From Rhodothermales bacterium (GTDB lineage Bacteria; Bacteroidota; Rhodothermia; Rhodothermales; VXPQ01), in the NCBI GenBank assembly GCA_040904565.1, contig JBBDTI010000022.1:5205-24629 (forward strand): a DNA stretch of 19,425 nt. The letters run 5' to 3'. The notes below the pieces were generated by a model. It was given only the letters and a program-made list of their open reading frames with translations, was not told the DNA's origin and made no database searches. Every line of letters starts with the position of its first letter. Position 1 is the first letter of the stretch. This document shows positions 8,259-16,428 of this stretch, in pieces. A program made the position numbers and the translations under genes.

Positions 8259-10394
8259 ATGTCGGCCACTCCACATCACGTCGAAGTACCGGTCTCCGGA
8301 ATGGACTGTGCCGGGTGCGCGCGTACGGTCCAACAGGCCATTAGCGCCGTGCCGGGTGTTTCTTCCGCGGAGGTGCTTCTCACCGCCGAGAAGGCGATCG
8401 TTGACCTAGACGACACGGCCCACATCGAGCAGATTCACCGTGCCATCGAAGCGGCCGGCTACGGCGTCCCGGAAACCGATCCTCGGCCAACGGACCGGGA
8501 GGACGACGTGACCGATGATTCGGCCGACGACGTCTCCAGGCAAATCCTGCGTCTGTTTGGATCGATCTTCGCCGCCGTGCTGGTCGTGGTCGTGGCGGGG
8601 GAGGTTCTCGGACTGCTGGACTGGCTCGTCGACGCCGTTCCGTGGTACGTCGGCGCGCTGGCCGTGGCCGGACTCGGTTATCCCGTCTTCAAGCAGGTCG
8701 TCCGGTCGACCCTCCGAGGCCATATCATCGCGCACACGCTGATGGCCGTCGGAGCCGGTGCGGCACTGATTGCGGGACAGTGGGTGACGGCCTTGATCGT
8801 CGTCTTCTTTATGCGGATGGGCGACTACGCGGAACGGTTCACGACCGAGCAGACGCGCGAATCGGTCCGCTCGCTGACCCGCATGGCGCCGCAGACGGCG
8901 CGCGTTGTGTGGGAGGATGAGGAACGTACGGTAGCCGTCGACGAGGTCGAGCCCGATGACATCGTCGTCGTCCGACCGGGAGAACGCATTCCGGTTGACG
9001 GGATCGTGGTGGCCGGACACGCCACCGTGGATCAGTCCGCCATTACCGGAGAAAGCATGCCCGTAGAAGCGGTACCTGGCCGAAAGGTCTTCGCGGCCAC
9101 CATCGCCGGTGGAGGCTCACTGCGCGTCCGATCGACGGCAGCCGGTCGCGATTCGACGTTCGGCCGGGTCATCGAAATGGTGCAGCAGGCTGAACGCCAT
9201 CGCGGAGCCGTGCAGCGGTATGCGGATCGCTTTTCAACGTACTACCTGCCCGTCGTGGCTGCCATCGCGGGAGCTACCTACCTCTTCGGCGGTGGACTCA
9301 TGGCGACCGTGGCCGTGCTCGTCGTCGCCTGCTCGTGCGCCTTCGCGCTCGCCACGCCCGCCGCGATACTTGCCTCCGTGGGTGCGGCGGCGAAGCAGGG
9401 CCTGCTCATCAAAGGGGGCAAGTATGTCGAGGCACTGTCTCGGGCGGATGTGGTGCTGGTCGACAAAACGGGCACGCTCACGCTCGGCCGACCCGAGATC
9501 AGAGAGGTGACGACGCTCAACGGCTTCAGCGAGGACGAACTGATTCGACTCGGCGCATCCGCCGAAAGGTATTCCGAACATCCACTGGCGGACGCCGTCC
9601 GCCGGCTGGCTGCCGATCGCGGCATCGAGCTGGCCGAGCCGGAGGATTTTCACGCCGTGCCGGGAGCCGGCGTGCACGCACGGGTGAACGGCATGGACGT
9701 CCGAGTAGGCTCCGAGCGCGTCGCCGGCGTCGCGGCCGCCGCAGCCTCGACGCTGGAATTGGCGACGCGTACCGGCACGCGTCTATATATCGATGTGGAT
9801 GGGCAGGCCGGCGGCGTACTGTCCGCGGCGGACGCCGATCGAGAAGAGGTCCCCGTCGCCCTCGATGCGCTCCGGCAAATGGGCATCGAGCACATCGAAC
9901 TCCTTACCGGTGATAGGCAGGACGTGGCCGCGGAGCTGGCCTCCAGGCTGGGCATCACCTTCAAGGCCGAGCTGCTGCCGGAGGACAAGATCGAGATCGT
10001 GCGACACTACCAGGGGCACGGACACACCGTCGTCATGATCGGCGACGGCGTCAACGATGCACCCGCCCTCGCGCAGGCCGACGTCGGCATCGCCATGTCG
10101 CGTGGAACCGACGTGGCCACGGAATCGGCCCACGTAGCACTCATGCGGGACGACTGGTCCCTCGTCCCCAGCCTCTTCCGCATTGCACGCCGAACGATGG
10201 GCGTGGTGCGACTCAACATCGGGTTTACGGCCGCATACAACGTGGTCGGACTCGCTCTGGCCGCCTTCGGCTTCCTGCCGCCGATTTACGCCGCCGCCGC
10301 ACAATCCCTCCCCGACATCGGGATCATGGCCAACTCAGCCCGTCTCATACGCCAGGATGACGGCCGCTCGCGATCTCACGCACCGGTCACCTGA
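8259..10394 (+). CDS. Heavy-metal P1B-type ATPase with N-terminal HMA domain and CSC membrane motif (P1B-7-like)
   Basis: GMDCAGC HMA domain, eight predicted TM helices, TGES, ACSCAFALATP (CSC at 9330-9338), DKTGTLT, SEHPLA, TGD, GDGVNDAPALA, YN (10236-10241) and QSLPD (10302-10316). Confidence 0.92.
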   Translation: MSATPHHVEVPVSGMDCAGCARTVQQAISAVPGVSSAEVLLTAEKAIVDLDDTAHIEQIHRAIEAAGYGVPETDPRPTDREDDVTDDSADDVSRQILRLFGSIFAAVLVVVVAGEVLGLLDWLVDAVPWYVGALAVAGLGYPVFKQVVRSTLRGHIIAHTLMAVGAGAALIAGQWVTALIVVFFMRMGDYAERFTTEQTRESVRSLTRMAPQTARVVWEDEERTVAVDEVEPDDIVVVRPGERIPVDGIVVAGHATVDQSAITGESMPVEAVPGRKVFAATIAGGGSLRVRSTAAGRDSTFGRVIEMVQQAERHRGAVQRYADRFSTYYLPVVAAIAGATYLFGGGLMATVAVLVVACSCAFALATPAAILASVGAAAKQGLLIKGGKYVEALSRADVVLVDKTGTLTLGRPEIREVTTLNGFSEDELIRLGASAERYSEHPLADAVRRLAADRGIELAEPEDFHAVPGAGVHARVNGMDVRVGSERVAGVAAAAASTLELATRTGTRLYIDVDGQAGGVLSAADADREEVPVALDALRQMGIEHIELLTGDRQDVAAELASRLGITFKAELLPEDKIEIVRHYQGHGHTVVMIGDGVNDAPALAQADVGIAMSRGTDVATESAHVALMRDDWSLVPSLFRIARRTMGVVRLNIGFTAAYNVVGLALAAFGFLPPIYAAAAQSLPDIGIMANSARLIRQDDGRSRSHAPVT

Positions 10395-13300
10395 TCCTCC
10401 GTAAACTGCATGCGAAGCCGGCGGCGCTGCACGAGCGCGTACGCTGCCGGAATGACGACAAGCGTCAGAACCGTCGAGCTGACGAGACCGCCGACCATAG
10501 GCGTCGCGATCCGACGCATCACCTCGCTGCCCGTGCCGGTTCCCAGCATGATCGGCATCAAACCGATCAGCGTCGTGAAGACCGTCATCAACTTCGGCCG
10601 GACGCGATCTACGGCTCCCTCTTCCAGGGCCGCGTTCAGCATCGATCGGGAGGTCAGGCGCCCCTCGCGGCGGTACCGCTCGACGGCCTCGTTAAGGTAC
10701 ACCTGCATGACCACTCCCGTCTCCGCGGCAAGTCCGGCCACGGCGATGAAGCCGACGCCGACGGCGATGCTCATGTTGAAGTCGAGGGCGGCCATAAGCC
10801 ACACGGCCCCCACCACGGCGAACGGAAGCGTCGCCATGAGGAGCGACGACTCCCACACATTCTTAAAGTGGAGGAAGAGGAGCAAAAAGATGATCGCCAG
10901 CGTAATCGGCACGAGGACCCGCAGCCGCTCGTTGGCGCGCTCCATGTATTCGTACTGCCCGCTCCACGTGATCGCGTATCCGGGGGGAAGCTCGACCTGA
11001 TCGGCCACGATGCGACGCGCCCGCTGCACGTACGTGCCGATGTCCGTCCCCTGATTCAGATCGACGTACACCCAGGCATTCGGACGAGCATTTTCGCTCT
11101 TGATCATGGGCGGACCGCCTTCGATGGTGAAGCTCGCCAGCTGTCCAAGCGGTATCTGTGCCCCCGTCGACGTCGGCACGAGGACCTGCCGCAGTGCGGG
11201 CACGTCGTCGCGCAGCGCCTGCGGGTATCGGACGTTTACGGGAAAGCGGTCGAGTCCCTCTACGGTCGTCGTCACGTTCATACCTCCGACCGCACTGGTG
11301 ATCACATCCTGCACGTCACCCGTCGTCAGACCGTGCCGCGCGGCCTCCCGCCGGTCAATGTCTATATCCAGAAACGAGCCGCCCATGACGCGTTCGGCGT
11401 AGACCGACATCGTGCCCTCGAGCGGCCGAAGCGCCTGCTCCACCTCTTCGCCCAACCGCTCGAGCACAGCCAGGTCCGTCCCGGCGATCTTGACCCCTAC
11501 GGGTGTCTTGATGCCCGTTGCCAGCATGTCGGTCCGCGTCTTGATGGGCATGGTCCACGCGTTCGTCAGCCCGGGGATCTGGATGGCCGCGTTCATTTCG
11601 GACACGAGACCGTCCCACGTCATCCCCTCTCTCCACTGGTCTTCCGGCTTCAGGATGATGATCGTTTCGATCATCGTCATCGGTGCCGGATCCGTAGCCG
11701 TCTCCGCCCGTCCGATCTTGCCGAACACGGACCCGACCTCCGGAAACGACTTGATGATGCGGTCGGTCTGCTGGAGCAGCTCCCTTGCCTTCTGGGACGA
11801 CACGCCCGGCAGGGTCGTCGGCATGTACAGCATGTCGCCTTCGTTCAACGGCGGCATGAATTCCGATCCGATCTGCGGGAACGGCACGTACGCCTGCCCG
11901 AACAGCATGCGCTGCAGGGGAAGTGCCGTAAGGACGAACACCAGCCCGGCTGCTACGATGACGGATACCGGACGGCGCAGCGTGGCCCGGATCACGGGCC
12001 GATACACGTAGATGAAGAATCGCGCTATCGGATTCTCGTCCTCTCGCCGAATTTTTCCTTTGATGAAGACGACCATCAGGGCCGGAATGAGCGTCACCGC
12101 GAGCAGCGCCGCCGACGCCATAGCAAACGTCTTCGTAAACGCCAGCGGGGTGAACATGCGCCCCTCGACCTGCTGCAGCGTGAACACCGGCAGGAACGAT
12201 ACGGTGACAATGAGCAGAGAGAAGAACAGGCTCGGACCGACCTCCTTCGCCGCGTCCACGACGGCCCTCATGCGGAGATTCGGTGGAATATGCTCTCCGA
12301 TCGACGCATCACGTAGCCGCAGGCGCTCGAGGTGCTTGTGGGCGTTTTCCACCATTACCAGGGACGCATCCACCATCACTCCGATGGCGATCGCGATGCC
12401 GCCGAGGCTCATGATGTTGGCATTGATCCCCAACAGGTACATGACCCCGAGCGACATGAGGATGCCGATCGGGACCGTGATAAGGGCCACGAAAGCACTT
12501 CGCGCGTGCAGCAGAAAGAGGATCACGATTAGCGTGACGACCAGCAGCTCTTCCCAGATCTGGGTCGTGAGGGTGGAGACGGCTCGATCGATCAATCCGG
12601 ATCGATCGTATTCCGTAACGACGTGCACGCCCTCAGGCAGGCTTGCTTCGAGCTCGGAGAGGCGCGTCTTCACGGCTTCGATGACCTTCCGGGCATTCTC
12701 GCCGTAGCGCATGACGACGATCCCGCCCACGACTTCGCCCTCTCCGTTCTTCTCGGCGATGCCGCGCCGCAGATCGGGTCCGAGCTGGACGCGCGCCACG
12801 TCGCCGATCGTTACGGTCGTGCCGGACGCCGTCTTCAGCGGGATACCTCGAATATCATCGATTCCGCCCAGATACCCCCTTCCGCGAACGATATATTCGC
12901 GTTCGCCCATCTCGAGCAGGCGCCCGCCGACGTCCGCGTTCGATCGCTGAATCTGCATCTTGACGTGGCTCAGGGGGATACCGTGTGCAGAGAGCCGCTG
13001 CGGATCGACGACGACCTGGTACTGCTTCACGAACCCGCCCACCGTGGCGACCTCGCTTACGCCCTCGACCGCCTGCAGCTCGTACTTCAGAAAGAAGTCC
13101 TGTATCGTCCGCAGTTCCGCCAGATCGTGGGCTCCCGTCGTGTCGACCACGCTGTATTGAAATACCCAACCCACGCCGGTGGCATCCGGCCCCAGCGCAG
13201 GCCTCACCCCATCGGGAAGACGATCCGTTACGAAATTCAGGTACTCGAGAACGCGACTCCGCGCCCAGTACATGTCGGTTCCGTCTTCAAATATCACGTA

Positions 13301-13582
13301 TACGAACGACGTTCCGAACATAGAATACCCTCGAACGGTCTTGGCAAAGGGCACCGAGAGCATGGCCGTCGTGAGGGGATAGGTAACCTGCTCCTCGACG
13401 ACCTGCGGCCCCTGTCCGGGGTAGTCCGTCTTGATGATAACCTGAACGTCCGACAGGTCGGGGATCGCGTCGATGGGCGTGTTCACCGTGGCCCAGATGC
13501 CTCCCACCGCCAAGAGGAGCGTCAATAGAATGACGAGCAGCCGGTTTGTCGCGCTCCACTCGATGATTCGCTGCAGCATCAT
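10376..13582 (-). CDS. cusA: CusA/SilA-type Cu(I)/Ag(I) efflux RND permease
   Basis: IDAIPDLSDVQVII, VEEQVTYPL, YWARSRVLEYL, LGPDATGVGWV, NIMSLGGIAIAIG.MVDA, RVRPKLMT. The Met triad falls at residues 587/637/686 (LYMP, MTMIET, TDMLATG), the same 50/49 spacing as E. coli CusA M573/M623/M672. The start overlaps the cusB stop (ATGATG). Confidence 0.93.
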   Translation of the reverse strand: MMLQRIIEWSATNRLLVILLTLLLAVGGIWATVNTPIDAIPDLSDVQVIIKTDYPGQGPQVVEEQVTYPLTTAMLSVPFAKTVRGYSMFGTSFVYVIFEDGTDMYWARSRVLEYLNFVTDRLPDGVRPALGPDATGVGWVFQYSVVDTTGAHDLAELRTIQDFFLKYELQAVEGVSEVATVGGFVKQYQVVVDPQRLSAHGIPLSHVKMQIQRSNADVGGRLLEMGEREYIVRGRGYLGGIDDIRGIPLKTASGTTVTIGDVARVQLGPDLRRGIAEKNGEGEVVGGIVVMRYGENARKVIEAVKTRLSELEASLPEGVHVVTEYDRSGLIDRAVSTLTTQIWEELLVVTLIVILFLLHARSAFVALITVPIGILMSLGVMYLLGINANIMSLGGIAIAIGVMVDASLVMVENAHKHLERLRLRDASIGEHIPPNLRMRAVVDAAKEVGPSLFFSLLIVTVSFLPVFTLQQVEGRMFTPLAFTKTFAMASAALLAVTLIPALMVVFIKGKIRREDENPIARFFIYVYRPVIRATLRRPVSVIVAAGLVFVLTALPLQRMLFGQAYVPFPQIGSEFMPPLNEGDMLYMPTTLPGVSSQKARELLQQTDRIIKSFPEVGSVFGKIGRAETATDPAPMTMIETIIILKPEDQWREGMTWDGLVSEMNAAIQIPGLTNAWTMPIKTRTDMLATGIKTPVGVKIAGTDLAVLERLGEEVEQALRPLEGTMSVYAERVMGGSFLDIDIDRREAARHGLTTGDVQDVITSAVGGMNVTTTVEGLDRFPVNVRYPQALRDDVPALRQVLVPTSTGAQIPLGQLASFTIEGGPPMIKSENARPNAWVYVDLNQGTDIGTYVQRARRIVADQVELPPGYAITWSGQYEYMERANERLRVLVPITLAIIFLLLFLHFKNVWESSLLMATLPFAVVGAVWLMAALDFNMSIAVGVGFIAVAGLAAETGVVMQVYLNEAVERYRREGRLTSRSMLNAALEEGAVDRVRPKLMTVFTTLIGLMPIMLGTGTGSEVMRRIATPMVGGLVSSTVLTLVVIPAAYALVQRRRLRMQFTEDQVTGA

Positions 13583-14988
13583 TCTACCTCACTGTCGTTG
13601 ACATCGGAGGACTCCACGTTCATCGGAGCGTCGCTCGAGTTCATCTCGCCGTGATCGTGTCCGGCCATCGCACCGACGGCACTTCGGAGACGCGCCTCCG
13701 AATCGATCAGGAACTGAGCGCTCGTAACGACGCGCTCGTTGCCCTGGAGTCCACTGAGGATTTGCGTACGTCCAGACGCTTCGAAACCCGTCACGACGTC
13801 CGCCGGCATGAACCGACCTTCGCCGAGCGCGAGGATGACGACCTCTCGATCGCCCGTCCGGATCACGGCTTCGTCGGGTACTACAGGTGTGGCCGGCATC
13901 CTACCGCCTTCCAGCCGGACCGTGGCGTACATGCCCGGCTTGAGGGGGGCGTGATGGCCTCCCTGCAGCGTGATGCGAGCCCGGGCCGTGCGCGTGTCGG
14001 TATCCAGCATGTGATAGACGTGGTCGACGCGTCCGCGAAACGTGGCGCCGGGATCGTAGGGAAGTTCCACCGTGGCCTCCGTACCGGCTCTCACCCAGCC
14101 GACGTCCTGTTCGTAGACATCCACCATCAGCCAGATGGTGTCGATGTCGATGATGCGCATGAGAGACGCACCGGCCCGTACGTGCTGCCCCTCGGTCACC
14201 TGCTTGTCCATCACCTCCCCGGATGCCGGCGCGAAGTACCGTATCGTCCGCTTCGGTTCACGGGTCGTTTCGATCTCGCGGATCTGTTCCTCCGTAAGGT
14301 CCCAGTAGGCGAGGCGCCGGCGTGCCGCCCGCAGCAGCCGCCGGGCGTCGTCGGCCGCCGGTGTGCCCTCGAGGCGTTCCAGGTTTCGAAGCGCGAGAAG
14401 GACCTCTTCCTGCGTCGCCACGAGATCCGGGCTGTACAGGTCGAGCAGCGGTTCGCCCTTCGTCACGATCGCCCCATCGAAGTCGGCGTGGAGCACCTCG
14501 ACCCAGCCATCGACCTTCAGGGAGACCGTGTGCGCGCCCTGCTCGTCCATCTCGAACCGGCCCGTCGTTCGCAGGGATCGCTGCAGCGACTCGACCGTGA
14601 CCGGCGCCGTACGCACGCCGATGTTCTGGAGCGTGACGGGATCGATGCGGACGGTGCCGTCGTCCAGCTGGTCGACCTGCACGGGGATGAGGTCCATCCC
14701 GCAGATGGGACACTGCCCGGGTTCGTCCCGGACGATCCATGGGTGCATGCCGTCCTGATACACGACCCCGTCGCCGTCCCGGTCGGCGGCGGCGAGTCCG
14801 CCTGCACCAGCCTGCTGCGGCGCCGCCCCCGTCGCCGCATGACCGACCGAACCCTCCGCCGCCTCGGTACCCGCCGCTCCTTCCGGCCCCGTGTTTTCAT
14901 ACAGTACGAGCACGGTGAGCCCTATCGTTACGATGATGAGCAGGGCCGCAGACGCGGTGATGACGGTTATCTTCTTCGTGGTATTCAT
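13579..14988 (-). CDS. cusB: CusB-like RND periplasmic adaptor with N-terminal heavy-metal-binding domain
   Basis: N-terminal TM anchor, YQDGMHP..PGQCPICGMDLIP metal-binding domain, IDPVTLQNIGVRT, GWVEVL, LYSPDLVATQEE, LKPGMYA, VVTSAQFLIDSE, and a His/Met tail MAGHDHGEM. The start at 14988 is 4 nt after the tolC stop; 15009 is an alternative. Confidence 0.88.
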   Translation of the reverse strand: MNTTKKITVITASAALLIIVTIGLTVLVLYENTGPEGAAGTEAAEGSVGHAATGAAPQQAGAGGLAAADRDGDGVVYQDGMHPWIVRDEPGQCPICGMDLIPVQVDQLDDGTVRIDPVTLQNIGVRTAPVTVESLQRSLRTTGRFEMDEQGAHTVSLKVDGWVEVLHADFDGAIVTKGEPLLDLYSPDLVATQEEVLLALRNLERLEGTPAADDARRLLRAARRRLAYWDLTEEQIREIETTREPKRTIRYFAPASGEVMDKQVTEGQHVRAGASLMRIIDIDTIWLMVDVYEQDVGWVRAGTEATVELPYDPGATFRGRVDHVYHMLDTDTRTARARITLQGGHHAPLKPGMYATVRLEGGRMPATPVVPDEAVIRTGDREVVILALGEGRFMPADVVTGFEASGRTQILSGLQGNERVVTSAQFLIDSEARLRSAVGAMAGHDHGEMNSSDAPMNVESSDVNDSEVE

Positions 14989-14992
14989 GGCG

Positions 14993-16306
14993 TTATTCCA
15001 TCCGGGCATTCTGTGTACCGATGAGGTCGGAGAGGTCGTCGAGCGATGTGATGCCCAGGGCTCGTTCCAGCCGGACAGCGGCCTTCAGATAGCGGATAAG
15101 GGCATCCGCTCGGCCCGTTCGGAGCGAGAACATGGTTCGCTCGGCATCGAGGAGATTCAAGAAATCCGTGCGCCCTGTCGTATAGGCGCTCAATGTGGCC
15201 TCTACGGTCGCATCCGCCTGCGGCAGCAGCGTCCGATCGTAGAGATCCAGCGTTCGCTGCTCCTGCTGGAGGGCGTAGAGGAGATCGTCGACCCGTGTCT
15301 CGATCTCTGCCAGAAGCGCCTGGCGACGCGCGTCGATCTGACGGGAGCGGACCTCCGACTCGGCGATCCGTGCACGTTTGGAGCCTCGCTGCAGCGGCAG
15401 CTTGACGGACACGCCGACGGCCAGGGCATCCCGACCGCCCCCCATGGGCAGGGCGTCCGCTCGTGCGATGTCGAAATACGTAAGGCTGACCCCGAAGTCC
15501 GGCAGAAGCTGCTTTCGCGACAGCTCCGTTTCGGCTTCCGCTCGCACCGCCGCGGCCTCCAGTGCCGCCATTTCCGAGCGCTCCCGCACGGAGAGATCCA
15601 CGAGAGCGTCGTAGGGTACCTCCGGCAGCTCCGGCGCTACGAGCTCGGTCGTCTCGAAATGCGAGGCACTCCCCGGCTGATTCGTCAGGCGCGCGAGCTT
15701 CGCGGCCGCAGAACGCCGCCGCACCTCCAGATCCACCAGCTGCTGTGCCATCCGATTCTTCTCGACCTGTGCCTGAAGGACCGCCTGCTGGGCACCCTGA
15801 CCCACTTCGTAACGGGAGGTTGCCGCCTCCTCGAACGCCCGCAGATCGTCCCGAAACGCGAGGACCAGTTCCGTAAGCCGCTGCGCGTGGTACAGGTCGT
15901 AGTAGGCTTCCTTGGCTTCCAGAAAGAGGTCCGCGGCAAGTACGTCCGCTTCATGCCGCGTGACGTCCGCGCTGAGATCGGCCACTTCACCCTGGAGGCG
16001 AAGCTTGCCCGGATACGGAATCATCTGCTCGACGCGCCACTGGGTACGCTGTGAGCCGCGCGCCGTGAGGAGCGGTACGGGCTGGTACGTTACCCCGGCG
16101 GTCGGGTCCGGCAGGGCCGAAACCTGTGCGCGGCGAAACGCCAGCGCGTCGGCGTCGAGGCGAGCCGCAACGAGCGTGGAATTGTCACGCTCGACGGCGG
16201 CAAGCACGTCACGAAGGGTACGTGGACTCTCCTGTCCGGGCGACGATCGGGCCGAAAAGGCGAGGACTGCCGCGACGAGAAAGAGTCGCAGTGATGTAGA
16301 TGACAT
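14993..16306 (-). CDS. TolC-family outer membrane factor (CusC-like)
   Basis: Signal peptide SPG|Q, ALPDP, EQMIPYPGKL, VSVKLPL, YEVGQGAQQAVLQAQ and YTTGRTDFLNLLDAER (two OEP repeats). First gene of the C-B-A order. Confidence 0.88.
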   Translation of the reverse strand: MSSTSLRLFLVAAVLAFSARSSPGQESPRTLRDVLAAVERDNSTLVAARLDADALAFRRAQVSALPDPTAGVTYQPVPLLTARGSQRTQWRVEQMIPYPGKLRLQGEVADLSADVTRHEADVLAADLFLEAKEAYYDLYHAQRLTELVLAFRDDLRAFEEAATSRYEVGQGAQQAVLQAQVEKNRMAQQLVDLEVRRRSAAAKLARLTNQPGSASHFETTELVAPELPEVPYDALVDLSVRERSEMAALEAAAVRAEAETELSRKQLLPDFGVSLTYFDIARADALPMGGGRDALAVGVSVKLPLQRGSKRARIAESEVRSRQIDARRQALLAEIETRVDDLLYALQQEQRTLDLYDRTLLPQADATVEATLSAYTTGRTDFLNLLDAERTMFSLRTGRADALIRYLKAAVRLERALGITSLDDLSDLIGTQNARME

Positions 16307-16428
16307 GGATCTGATCCGGATCGAAAAACTGCAGACGTGCCCGCGCGGGGAAGAAGTCGCATCACGCAGGCTCGAGAGTACCCCGTAGGGTCACGGTCGG
16401 ACGGACGTCCGCCGCGTGCAGTCTGATC

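Noticed and set aside
8259-10394. Naming the ATPase copA or zntA, or calling it a pseudogene
   Set aside because: The membrane motifs match neither class, and all catalytic motifs are intact in an uninterrupted frame.
10868-16054. Long plus-strand ORFs (482, 301, 457 and 387 aa)
   Set aside because: They lie antisense to cusA/cusB/tolC, as expected from stop-poor high-GC codon usage, and show no recognisable domains.
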